Assembly (NCBI GenBank): GCA_965237575.1
Contig: CBDEGI010000004.1
Span: 3,541,963 to 3,605,962 of the forward strand
Source of the DNA: Bryobacterales bacterium
GTDB lineage: Bacteria; Acidobacteriota; Terriglobia; Bryobacterales; UBA6623
DNA length: 64,000 nucleotides
Reading direction: 5' to 3'
The notes under the pieces are model-generated. The model saw only the letters and a program-made list of their open reading frames with translations, had not been told where the DNA came from and did no database searches. Positions 55,522 through 64,000 of this stretch are shown one piece after another; position 1 is the first letter of the stretch, and each line of letters opens with the position of its first letter. The position numbers and the translations under genes were made by a program.

Positions 55522-55917
55522 GCTGGCCGAAGATCCGCGGCCCTCGCCGCCTTGCTGCTCGGCGCCGTCGCCGTCGCCTACCAGATCGCTACCGGCACCG
55601 GCACATGGGGCCTCAACAAGACGGTCGGCTGGGCGTTCGACATCACGAACTTAGTCTTCTGGATCGGCATCGGCCACGCCGGCACGCTCATCTCGGCCGT
55701 CTTGTTCCTGCTGCGACAGCAGTGGCGCACCTCGGTCAACCGGGCCGCCGAGGCGATGACCATCTTTGCCGTGATCTGCGCCGGCCTGTTCCCGGTCATC
55801 CACATGGGCCGTCCTTGGCTCGCTCATTGGATGCTCCCCTACCCCAAGATGCGCGGACCGTTGTGGGTGAATTTCCGGTCGCCGCTGGTGTGGGATTTCT
55901 TCGCGATTGCCACATCC
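55522..55917 (+). pseudogene. Internal fragment of an NrfD-family quinol-interacting membrane subunit gene (ActC of alternative complex III-like)
   Basis: In the frame of ORF 54946: [75 protein letters not shown]...[16 protein letters not shown]. Both the N- and C-terminal parts are missing. Confidence 0.7.
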
Positions 55918-55924
55918 CTGAAGA

Positions 55925-56270
55925 GACGACGTACTTCCTCTCGCGCCTCGCCGGCTTCTGGGAGCCGGTGTTTTATCTGAACTTCCTGTTGAACTGGGCG
56001 ATCCCCTTCTTCGTCCTGCTATCGGTGCGCGGTAAGCGCAGCCCCAACCTGATGCTGAAGGCCTGCTGGGTAGTCCTGGTGGGCCGTTGGGTCGACCTCT
56101 ACTGATGGTCCTGCCGCCGTTCACGGGCGGCAACCCGGTATTCGGCATCTGGGAAGTCGGCATCGCCGCCAGCGCAGCAGCCGTCTTCTTTCTAGCGCTG
56201 TTCAAGGCCCTGGCCGCCGCCTCGCCAGTACCCCTCCGCGACCCCCTCTTGCAAGAGAGCTGCACTATCA
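55925..56270 (+). pseudogene. C-terminal fragment of an ActF-like/NrfD-family membrane protein gene with an internal frameshift
   Basis: [49 protein letters not shown], then a stop. The sequence continues in another frame as LMVLPPFTGGNPVFGIWEVGIAASAAAVFFLALF...PLRDPLLQES. Confidence 0.5.
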
Positions 56271-56316
56271 CAACTAGCTTCGGGTCCCGCCGCATCCACT
56301 CGACGGGCCATTCATA

Positions 56317-56360
56317 TCAGAACCGCGGGCGTGAACCCGCGTTGAGCCATCGCTCAAGAC
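56317..56360 (+). repeat. REP-b hairpin element, copy 3
   Basis: tcagaaccgcgggcgtgaacccgcgttgagccatcgctcaagac. Confidence 0.65.
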
Positions 56361-56446
56361 CAAACGAGCTTCTGTGCCCCAATCCGCCCCAAATCCACCC
56401 CCCCCAAGTCCCAGCCCACAACAAAACCGTTGATACAATCAGACCT

Positions 56447-57592
56447 ATGCTCAAGCGGGAAAACTGCCGCGAACGCCAAGCCCGGCTGCTCAAAATCTGC
56501 GAAAACGAACAACTCGACCTCGTTGTTCTCACGCATCCGAAGACCGTTTACTACTTCTCCGGCGTGCTTGTCGGCGACGCCGCGCCGAACGCGTTCCTGA
56601 TGAATGCATCGGGCAAGAGCGTGCTCGTTACGCAGGCCCCCGTGGGCCGCCCGCCCGAGGCCCCGCCCTCAGCCGCCGACGAGACCGACCTCTACGCCTT
56701 CCACAGCATGGAGCACGACAACGTAGCCACCCGCTGGACCACCGAGACCGCCGCTCTCGTACGCGCCGCCGCCGCCCGCCTGTCCCCCTCCGGCGGCGCT
56801 GTCGGCCTCGAGTTCGACTCGGCTAACTACGCCATCGGTGCGGCCCTTTCCGAGACGGCGAATGGCCAGCCGGTCAACCTCACGCCCCCGCTCGATCAAA
56901 TGCGGCGCCAAAAAGATCCCGACGAAATCGAGTGCATGCGGCAGTGCGTCGTGCTGGTGGAAGCCGGGTTGGGCGCCATCAAGGCGCGCCTCGAGCCCGG
57001 CATGACCGAGTACCGCGCTTACTCGATCTACTACGAGGCGATGGTCGCGAAGGCCGAAACCTCCGTCGTTCTCGCCGGCGACTTCGCCTGCGGCAAGCGC
57101 AGCATTCGGGGCGGCGGCCCCCCGACGGACCGCCGTGTGCAACTGGGCGACCTCTACATCTTTGACACCTTCCCGCTCTACCAGGGCTACATGTGCGACT
57201 TCACGCGTACGTTCGTCGTCGGCCGCCCCACGCAGATCCAGCAAGACGCCTGGGCCCACGTCATGGAAGCGCACGAGATCGCCCGCCGCACCATCGCTCC
57301 CGGTGTACCCGCCAAAGAGGTCTACCACGCGCTCAAGACCCACCTCGACAAGTTCGAGCCCGCCAAGGACTCCTTCTGGCACCATGCCGGCCACGGGGTC
57401 GGCATGAACGGCTGGGAACTGCCCTGGCTCACGCCGGGCAGCGAGCACGTCGTCGAAGACCGCGAAGTGCTCGCCTGCGAGCCCGGCCTTTACGCCGACG
57501 CGATGCAGGGCGGCATCCGGCTCGAACATAACTACCTCGTCACGCCCGAAGGCGTCACCGCGCTCGACCACTTCCCGATGGACCTCACTTGA
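56447..57592 (+). CDS. M24-family Xaa-Pro aminopeptidase/creatinase-like peptidase
   Basis: I prefer the ATG at 56447 (MLKRENCRERQARLLKICENEQLDLVVLTHPKTVYYFSG). C-terminal pita-bread motifs are DFACG..., HHAGHGVG and LEHNYLVT. The track ORF 56087.. reads through the pseudogene tail and REP-b. Confidence 0.85.
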   Translation: MLKRENCRERQARLLKICENEQLDLVVLTHPKTVYYFSGVLVGDAAPNAFLMNASGKSVLVTQAPVGRPPEAPPSAADETDLYAFHSMEHDNVATRWTTETAALVRAAAARLSPSGGAVGLEFDSANYAIGAALSETANGQPVNLTPPLDQMRRQKDPDEIECMRQCVVLVEAGLGAIKARLEPGMTEYRAYSIYYEAMVAKAETSVVLAGDFACGKRSIRGGGPPTDRRVQLGDLYIFDTFPLYQGYMCDFTRTFVVGRPTQIQQDAWAHVMEAHEIARRTIAPGVPAKEVYHALKTHLDKFEPAKDSFWHHAGHGVGMNGWELPWLTPGSEHVVEDREVLACEPGLYADAMQGGIRLEHNYLVTPEGVTALDHFPMDLT

Positions 57593-57623
57593 TCGCAAAC
57601 GCGGGTACACTTCGATTTGTCAC

Positions 57624-57649
57624 TTAGGGGGCACGGCATGCCGTGCCCG
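57624..57649 (+). repeat. REP-a hairpin element, copy 5
   Basis: ttagggggcacggcatgccgtgcccg. Confidence 0.6.
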
Positions 57650-57695
57650 AAACGCCCAACACGGCGGATGCCCCGCCTAAGTACGTGACCGCACC

Positions 57696-59270
57696 GTGAA
57701 ACTCCCTACCAAGCACAGCCGGCAGATCGAAACCGACGTGGTTGTCGTCGGAGGAGGCGGCAGCGGCTTGGCTGCGGCGGTCGAGGCCTCGACTCACGGT
57801 GCCGCGGTAACGCTCGTCGAAAAGCAACCTCAGCTCGGCGGGACAACCGGCCTTGCCGTCGGTTCGTTCACAGCGGCCTGCACCTCGCTTCAACGCGCCG
57901 CCAAGATCAAGGACCGCACTACCTGGCACCAGGAGGACATCGCCAAATTCGCGCCGCATCGCGAGCCGAAAAACAACGCAGCCCTGCGCGGCTGGCTCGC
58001 CGAGAACGCAGCCGACACGCTGGAGTGGCTGGGCGAGATGGGCATCGAGTTCAGCGGGCCGCATCCCGAGCCGCCCAACCGGCTGCCCCGCATGCACAAC
58101 GTCGTGCCCAACGCTAAGATCTACATCTTCGCGCTGCAGCGCCGAGCGCTACGTCAAGGGGTTGAGATCCTTGCCGGCTACGAGGCCGTCCGGCTCGCCA
58201 AGGATGCCAACGGCCGGGTCACCGGCATGAACGTACGCAGCGCGGAGGGCGAGTCCGCCACAATCCGAGCGCGCCGGGGCGTCGTCCTCGCCGCGGGTGA
58301 CTATTCGAGCGGCACGGAGGTCAAGCGAGAGTTCCTTCAAACAGAAACCGCCGCCATCGAAGGCATCAACCCGCACTCCTCAGGCGACGGCCATCGCCTG
58401 GCTCGGGAGGCGGGCGCGGCGCTCGTCAACATGGACGTGATCTACGGGCCCGAGATTCGTTTCGTCCCGCCGCCCGGAGACCCCTTCCAGCAACTGCTCC
58501 CACCCTCCGGCGACGAGCCCGCCGCCCAAGCACTCGACGCGATGCCGCCGGAAGCGGCCCAAGCCAAGGCGAAGAGATTGCTGTTCACCTGGCAGCACCC
58601 CGAAGACGCCCTCTACGGCAAGGGAGCCATCCTGATCAACCGCAACGGCGAACGCTTCGTGGACGAGACCGGGAATCCCGCAGCGGCTATTCCCCGGCAG
58701 CCGGGCAAGGTTGCCTACGTCGTTTTCGATCGGGCTGTGGCGGAGACATTCTCGGCCTGGCCGAACTTCATCTCCACAGCGCCGGAGATCGGCTACGCGT
58801 ATGTCGAGGATTACCGCTTGCGGCGGCCCGACCTCTACCACGAGGCGCCAAGCGTGGCCGAGCTGGCACCAAAGCTAGGTGTTCCCGGCGACGCTCTCAG
58901 CGAGACGATTACCGCCTACAACCGCTCGGCGGCTGGCGCAGCGCAGGATCGGTTCGGGCGGCCGCCGTCGGTTCATACCGTGAGCCGTCCCCCCTACTAC
59001 GCTCTAGGCCCAGCCAAGGGTTGGATCGTGACGACCGAAGGCGGCGTATGCGTCGATGAGCGGATGCAGGCTCTTGACGCAGAGGGGAAGGTGATCCCCG
59101 GGCTCTACGCAGCGGGCTCGAACGGGATGGGCGGTCTAATTCTCTGGAGTCACGGCCTACACATCGCCTGGGCGCTCACCAGTGGCCGGCAGGCCGGCCG
59201 CCACGCGGCGCAAGGACATCCAAACCAACCGAGCCGTGACCATAAGGGAGCGGTCCGGCGCGAACCCTGA
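57696..59270 (+). CDS. FAD-dependent oxidoreductase (fumarate-reductase/ketosteroid-dehydrogenase flavoprotein-like)
   Basis: GTG start; dinucleotide motif VVVVGGGGSGLAAAVEA..GAAVTLVEK....GGTT; C-terminal GLYAAGS. Confidence 0.85.
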   Translation: MKLPTKHSRQIETDVVVVGGGGSGLAAAVEASTHGAAVTLVEKQPQLGGTTGLAVGSFTAACTSLQRAAKIKDRTTWHQEDIAKFAPHREPKNNAALRGWLAENAADTLEWLGEMGIEFSGPHPEPPNRLPRMHNVVPNAKIYIFALQRRALRQGVEILAGYEAVRLAKDANGRVTGMNVRSAEGESATIRARRGVVLAAGDYSSGTEVKREFLQTETAAIEGINPHSSGDGHRLAREAGAALVNMDVIYGPEIRFVPPPGDPFQQLLPPSGDEPAAQALDAMPPEAAQAKAKRLLFTWQHPEDALYGKGAILINRNGERFVDETGNPAAAIPRQPGKVAYVVFDRAVAETFSAWPNFISTAPEIGYAYVEDYRLRRPDLYHEAPSVAELAPKLGVPGDALSETITAYNRSAAGAAQDRFGRPPSVHTVSRPPYYALGPAKGWIVTTEGGVCVDERMQALDAEGKVIPGLYAAGSNGMGGLILWSHGLHIAWALTSGRQAGRHAAQGHPNQPSRDHKGAVRREP

Positions 59271-59307
59271 CGCTCACTCGAAGGCCTCTGGACCCCTCTA
59301 GCCAGAC

Positions 59308-59841
59308 CTAGGGATCGCCCCAGCGCAGTAACCGTCGATTGTTGATATCACGGAACTCACCAGTGGCGATGAGAACAAGGTCGTAGATCTGTCCAACGAA
59401 AAAGAAACCCAGGGTGAACAGCCACAGCAGCCCGGTACCCACCTTGCCGACGTAGAAACGGTGGGCGCCGAGAAACCCGATCAACAAACACAGCAGGAAG
59501 GCAGCTAGGCGGCTGTACTCGGACGCGTCGGCCGGCAGTGAAGGCGAGGCTGCCGGAGCGGCAGTTCGGCCGACGTCTGACCCGCAAGCGTGGCAGAATC
59601 GGTCCTCGCGGTTCATCTCCGCTCCGCAGCGCACACAATGGACGACGGGGGGTGGCGGGCCGGGGTGTTTCTCATCTGGCGCATTCATCTCGAGAGATTC
59701 CTGCGGAGCTTCCTCTCCCGAAGCGGGTCCGGCCGGAGACGGCTCGTCTGCAGCAGCGGGCGTTTCGAAGTCTTCCGCTGGAGGCTCTTGCCACTGCTGT
59801 GAATCAGGCTCTGAAGTGGGCTTCTGTTCGTCTGGCGTCAT
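59308..59841 (-). CDS. Zinc-ribbon + TM2 domain membrane protein
   Basis: CVRCGAEMNREDRFCHACG, then the TM2 segment LLIGFLGAHRFYVGKVGTGLLWLFTLGFFFVGQIYD. Confidence 0.8.
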   Translation of the reverse strand: MTPDEQKPTSEPDSQQWQEPPAEDFETPAAADEPSPAGPASGEEAPQESLEMNAPDEKHPGPPPPVVHCVRCGAEMNREDRFCHACGSDVGRTAAPAASPSLPADASEYSRLAAFLLCLLIGFLGAHRFYVGKVGTGLLWLFTLGFFFVGQIYDLVLIATGEFRDINNRRLLRWGDP

Positions 59842-59879
59842 AGTCCGCTCTCACTGAGTCCTACGAATCCCCGCCGCCG

Positions 59880-60407
59880 ATGTTCCCCCGCCGTCCGGTC
59901 CCGCCGACGAAGCGGCCCGCTATAATTGTGGTCACTTTGCCGTACCTCGATTGGCTGGAAGAAGTGCTCGCCGGAAGGTTGGCGGCGAAACCCATCGGTG
60001 AACCGGTTGCGCTGCGGGCGCACGTGCGGCTGACCAGCGACCATGGCCTGCTGATTCCGACGCTGGCCGCAACGGTGAAGGTCGTGAGCCGCTGGTTCGG
60101 CCAAGCCACCCCCAAGCTGTACGCACAGGGCGGCGCCGAGCAGGGGCACGTCAGCGTTCTCGCCACATTTGCCGGTGGCCAGACTGCGCTGGTCGGCTCG
60201 GAGCTGATCCGCGACGCCGAGACCCCGCTAACCAGCGAAGCGTCAGTTCGGCTCCTTCTCGTAGGGAACCGGGGCACGATGGAGTTTGCGGACACCCCTG
60301 GCGCGGATACCTTGCCGGTCGATCTCGCCGTTTCCAGTGACCCCCAAACGCAGACGCTTGTCCGCACCATCGAGCAATCACTGAAAGAGGGCGGGCCCGT
60401 CGGCTAG
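59880..60407 (+). CDS. Hypothetical protein (faint resemblance to a Gfo/Idh/MocA C-terminal domain)
   Basis: 175-aa ORF whose composition is better than that of the overlapping minus ORFs. No clear motif. Confidence 0.4.
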   Translation: MFPRRPVPPTKRPAIIVVTLPYLDWLEEVLAGRLAAKPIGEPVALRAHVRLTSDHGLLIPTLAATVKVVSRWFGQATPKLYAQGGAEQGHVSVLATFAGGQTALVGSELIRDAETPLTSEASVRLLLVGNRGTMEFADTPGADTLPVDLAVSSDPQTQTLVRTIEQSLKEGGPVG

Positions 60408-60670
60408 TTAATCTTTTGTATTGCAAGACGCCTCCGTCATCCTTGCTTGGCTGAAGTCAACTGGCGTAGCGAAGGGACGAGGCCCTCGCTATCGAAACCC
60501 TTTGCTATCGAAACACGGCCGCGGGCCGTCTAATTGATTTGTTGTTCCGCGGCGCGAATCCTCGCGACTTCTGGGCCGCGTGGCCCACGAAACCGCGGTT
60601 CGTCCAACCGCATCCAATGGATTGAAAGTATCAAATCCAACTCAGTGTCAGAAGGCTGTTTGAAGGAGAC

Positions 60671-62152
60671 GTGAAAATGAAAACCCGTCACGCCAAGATC
60701 AGTGTGTGGAGTGTGTTCGCCATCGTGGTGGTCGCCCTTGTGGTCGGCACGTCGGAGGCCGGGCATCTCGTCGCCGACCCCGGCTTCGCAGGCGCCAAGG
60801 GGGCGATCCCGGCACTGGCGCCGGCCGGACCGGTCGCCGGTAGCGCCGAGTTGCCCGCCTCGGGCACGTTTGCGCCCATCGTCGAAAAGACCGCGCCCGC
60901 GGTCGTAAGCATTGAGGTTTCGAAAGTCGTCAGCGCTTCGGAAGGGCCGATGCGGTTCCCGTTCTTCGGGCCGCGTGGACCGCGCCACCCCCCGGACGAA
61001 GGTGCGCCCGAACGCCGCCGCCGCGGATCCGGATCGGGCGTGATCATCAGTGAAGACGGATACATCGTCACGAACCACCACGTCATCGACGGCGCCGGCG
61101 ACATTCGCGTCCGTCTCAATGACCGGCGTGAGTTCGACGCGACGGTAGTCGGAGCGGACGCAAAGACCGACGTGGCGGTGCTCAAGGTTGATGCTTCCGG
61201 CCTGCCGGTGCTCCCGCTGGGCAACTCCGACAACGTCGCGATCGGCGACATCGTGCTGGCCATCGGCAACCCCTTCGGCATCGGACAGACGGTCACGATG
61301 GGTATCGTCGGCGCAACCGGCCGCCGAGGCCTTCACATCGAAGACTACGAGGACTTCATACAAACCGACGCCGCGATCAATCCCGGCAACTCGGGCGGAG
61401 CGCTCGTGAATACCCGTGGCGAGCTGATAGGCATCAATACGGCTATCCTGGCGCGCGGCGGTGGCGGCAACCAGGGCGTCGGGTTCGCCGTACCGGTCAA
61501 CATGGCCCATCGCGTGATGACACAGCTCGCCGAAACCGGCCGTGTTGCCCGCGGGTATCTCGGTGTCCGCATCCAACCGGTGACACCGAAGATGGCGAAG
61601 CTATTGCGCGCGCCCGAGACGCGTGGAGCCGTGGTCGGCTCGGTGCAACCCGATTCGCCCGCCGATAAAGCCGGACTGCAACGCGGCGACGTCATCTTCG
61701 GTATGGATCAGAAAAGGTTCGAAGACGCCCGGCACTTGCGGCTCAGCATCGCGTCGATGTCGCCAGGCAGCGAGGTAGCACTGCTAGTCTGGCGTGACGG
61801 CAACGAGATGCGGCTGCCCGCGACGTTGGGTGAGCTTCCCGAGGATGGCCGGCCGATGGCGCGGCCCAGCGGCGGGACCAGCTCGTTGCGCGGCCTGTCG
61901 GTCGACGAGCTGACACCTCAGATAGGAGAGCGGCTAGGCCTTCCGCCCGACGCCGAGGGAGTGATCATCGCCGGCGTGCGCCCGGGTAGTCCGGCGACGC
62001 AGGCCGGGTTGCAGCGCGGCGACGTGATTCAAGAGGTGGCGCGCCAACCGGTTCGCACGGTGTCGGAGTTTCGCCAGGCCGGTGACAAGCCGGTGCTGTT
62101 GCTGATCGTGCGCGAGGGCAATCCCCTGTTCATCGTCGTCGAAGCAAGCTGA
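60671..62152 (+). CDS. HtrA/DegP-family periplasmic serine protease with two PDZ domains
   Basis: GSGVIISEDGYIVTNHHV, TDVAVLKV, and the catalytic GNSGGALVN. Two PDZ-like segments follow (GVRIQPV...PADKAGLQRGDVI and GSPATQAGLQRGDVI). The start may be the ATG at 60677. Confidence 0.9.
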   Translation: MKMKTRHAKISVWSVFAIVVVALVVGTSEAGHLVADPGFAGAKGAIPALAPAGPVAGSAELPASGTFAPIVEKTAPAVVSIEVSKVVSASEGPMRFPFFGPRGPRHPPDEGAPERRRRGSGSGVIISEDGYIVTNHHVIDGAGDIRVRLNDRREFDATVVGADAKTDVAVLKVDASGLPVLPLGNSDNVAIGDIVLAIGNPFGIGQTVTMGIVGATGRRGLHIEDYEDFIQTDAAINPGNSGGALVNTRGELIGINTAILARGGGGNQGVGFAVPVNMAHRVMTQLAETGRVARGYLGVRIQPVTPKMAKLLRAPETRGAVVGSVQPDSPADKAGLQRGDVIFGMDQKRFEDARHLRLSIASMSPGSEVALLVWRDGNEMRLPATLGELPEDGRPMARPSGGTSSLRGLSVDELTPQIGERLGLPPDAEGVIIAGVRPGSPATQAGLQRGDVIQEVARQPVRTVSEFRQAGDKPVLLLIVREGNPLFIVVEAS

Positions 62153-62250
62153 TCACGGTTTCGATTTCTCGCCCAACCGGCCGGGAATAGACGCTGCCTC
62201 CGCTCCCGGCCGGGCTGTTTCGTGCCCGGGCGTATCCGTGCCGACCCATC

Positions 62251-62286
62251 GCAGCGGAGCCGGGGATGGAAATCCACGGTTGCCAC
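62251..62286 (+). repeat. REP-d hairpin element, copy 2
   Basis: gcagcggagCCGGGGATggaaATCCACGGttgccac. Confidence 0.55.
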
Positions 62287-62416
62287 GAACTCGCGTCCGC
62301 GGTCAGCGCAGTCGCGCCTGATCCATCCGCAAATGGGAGGGCGCTAGCCCCGGCACGAACGTCTCAACCCACCGCGTGCGCATCCCCTCTCTGCGATAAT
62401 CTCTTGGCATTGTGCG

Positions 62417-62848
62417 ATGGACGACTCCCTGCTCAACCTCGCCGGTTTGCTGCTCGGTCTCCTGTTGACCCTGGCCGGCTTGGCGCTCGGCGCCCTGATG
62501 GTGGCGGGCACGTGGAAGATGTTCGTCAAGGGCGGGCAGCCGGGCTGGGGAATCTTCGTTCCCATTTACAACTGCCTGTTGATGGTTCGCATCGTGGGCA
62601 TGCCGGATTGGACGTTGCTGCTCTTCTTGGTCCCCGTCATCAGCCTGGCCTTCCATATCATCGTGTCACTCGAATTGGCGAAGCGGTTTCACCAAACGAC
62701 GGCGTTCACCGTGGGACTGATTCTGCTGCCCACGATCTTCTGGGCGGTGCTCGGGTTCGGGAAGGCCGCGTATTCGCCGCTAACGACCGCGGCGGCCGGG
62801 AACACCGGCGGTCGGGCCTCCGAATTCCAGGGGAGCCAACACGAGTGA
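62417..62848 (+). CDS. DUF5684-like small membrane protein
   Basis: WKMFVKGGQPGWGIFVPIYNCLLMVRIVGMPDWTLLLFLVP. Confidence 0.7.
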   Translation: MDDSLLNLAGLLLGLLLTLAGLALGALMVAGTWKMFVKGGQPGWGIFVPIYNCLLMVRIVGMPDWTLLLFLVPVISLAFHIIVSLELAKRFHQTTAFTVGLILLPTIFWAVLGFGKAAYSPLTTAAAGNTGGRASEFQGSQHE

Positions 62849-62974
62849 CGGCTCGAGGATCGTCGGTCAATGGAACGCTTGTCGCCACATTCACGGCCCC
62901 AAGGCGCTTCATCGCTTCACCTTGCCGAGTTGTGATCCGAAACCGGTTTCGCTAAGCTGACCGATTCCAAGCTC

Positions 62975-64000
62975 ATGCACCTGTCCGAACTCGATACACC
63001 GGCGTTGCTGATTGACCTCGACCGCATGGAGGGGAACCTGCGGCGCGTGGCCGACTACGCCGCGGAGCATCAGTTCCGTCTGCGTCCGCATACCAAGACC
63101 CACAAGAACCCGGCGATCGCGCGCATGCAGCTTGACCTGGGCGCGGTAGGTATGGCGGTGGCAAAGGTGGGCGAGGCCGAGGTGATGCTCGAAACCGAGA
63201 CGCCTGATCTGCTGGTGGCCTATCCGATCGTAGGTGCGTCCAAGCTTAAGCGCCTGATGGCGGTCGCAAAGCGAACCAACGTCAGCGTCGCGCTGGATGA
63301 CATCGAGGTGGCCCGGCCGTTGTCGGAGGCCGCGCATGCTGCCGGCATCACCGTCGGCGTGCTGGCGGAAGCCAATATCGGCATGGACCGCTGCGGCGTC
63401 CCGCCGGGAGACGAACTCGTCACGCTCGCCCGCCAGCTCTCCCGGCTGCCGAGCCTGCGCTTCGACGGCGTGGAGTTCTACTACGGCCACGTGTGGATGC
63501 TTCTGCCCGACGGCGAAGCGCAGCTCCGAAAGGTCAACGAGCGCGTGCAACAGATTCGAGCGGACTTCGATCGGGCGGGCCTCGAACTCAAGATCATCAG
63601 CGGCGGCTCGACGCCGGCTCTGTATCACTCGCACGAGATCGAGGGCATGAACGAGATCCGTCCCGGTACGTACGTCTTTAACGACGTGATGCAGGTGTGG
63701 GCCGGCTCGGCTGACTGGGACCAATGCGCGGTGACGATCATGGCGACCGTCGTCTCGACAGCCCGCGAGGGGTTCGTCATCGTCGACGGCGGGTCGAAGA
63801 CCTTCACGTCCGACACTCGGCCTTTCATGGAGGAGATTACCTTCGGCCGCGTCACCGAAGCACCCGAGAGCCGCTTCTACAAGATGAACGAGGAGCACGG
63901 CTACATCGAGTGGAGGGGCGGCTCGCCTACTCCCCGCATTGGCGACCGGGTCCGTATCATCCCCAACCATGTTTGTGCGGCCACCAACATGCACGAGCGC
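62975..64000 (+). CDS. D-threonine aldolase / D-serine deaminase-like PLP enzyme (alanine racemase N-terminal fold), truncated by the window edge
   Basis: Absent from the track because it runs off the right edge. Manual translation from the ATG at 62975 gives MHLSELDTPALLIDLDRMEGNLRRVADYAAEHQFRLRPHTKTHKNPAIARMQLDLGAVGMAVAKVGEAEVM...RPGTYVFND...RIIPNHVCAATN. The - ORF 62909..63994 is its shadow. Confidence 0.85.
   Translation, partial: MHLSELDTPALLIDLDRMEGNLRRVADYAAEHQFRLRPHTKTHKNPAIARMQLDLGAVGMAVAKVGEAEVMLETETPDLLVAYPIVGASKLKRLMAVAKRTNVSVALDDIEVARPLSEAAHAAGITVGVLAEANIGMDRCGVPPGDELVTLARQLSRLPSLRFDGVEFYYGHVWMLLPDGEAQLRKVNERVQQIRADFDRAGLELKIISGGSTPALYHSHEIEGMNEIRPGTYVFNDVMQVWAGSADWDQCAVTIMATVVSTAREGFVIVDGGSKTFTSDTRPFMEEITFGRVTEAPESRFYKMNEEHGYIEWRGGSPTPRIGDRVRIIPNHVCAATNMHER

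Noticed and set aside
62909-63994. 361-aa minus-strand ORF at the right edge.
   Set aside because: It is the antisense of the edge-truncated D-threonine-aldolase-like gene starting at 62975 (HTKTHK lysine motif, RIIPNHVC).

Overview
High-GC bacterial chromosomal segment, probably Acidobacteriota. Supporting markers are two adjacent vWA proteins of the acidobacterial VWFA type, a CarboxypepD_reg-like secreted protein, a PSCyt/DUF1549/DUF1553 + DUF1501 pair, and many Tat or signal-peptide enzymes. I support about 60 protein genes. Two of them are cut by the window edges and so are missing from the ORF track: <1..1298 on the minus strand and 62975..>64000 on the plus strand. Many long track ORFs are antisense shadows of real genes, as expected in high-GC DNA. 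Housekeeping genes include fabD-fabG, pyrG-kdsA, rsmI, an HtrA/DegP protease, a PQQ dehydrogenase with a dihaem cytochrome c, an ECF sigma/anti-sigma pair, a sodium:solute symporter with its DUF3311 partner, and a GT4 glycosyltransferase. No rRNA, tRNA or CRISPR array was recognised. Accessory content: BrnT/BrnA and VapC/RHH toxin-antitoxin pairs, an orphan MazF, and at least five families of REP/MITE-like hairpin repeats. The best candidate for something new is a compositionally atypical island at about 13.6-17.9 kb. It encodes a roughly 900-aa membrane-anchored ROCO-type GTPase (unknown N-domain, LRR, Roc, COR, two C-terminal TM helices). Its ORF is fused in frame to a frameshifted remnant of a group-II-intron-like reverse transcriptase. 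A 260-bp MITE with a 9-bp target-site duplication lies upstream and a small HTH gene lies downstream. The second oddity is a roughly 2.9-kb segment (53.46-56.36 kb) bracketed by direct copies of a REP element. It holds the orphan mazF, a truncated AbiEii toxin gene, and a head-to-tail mosaic of NarK, ActC/NrfD and ActF-like gene fragments in shifting frames. All functional calls come from reading motifs in the translated ORFs; no database search was run.
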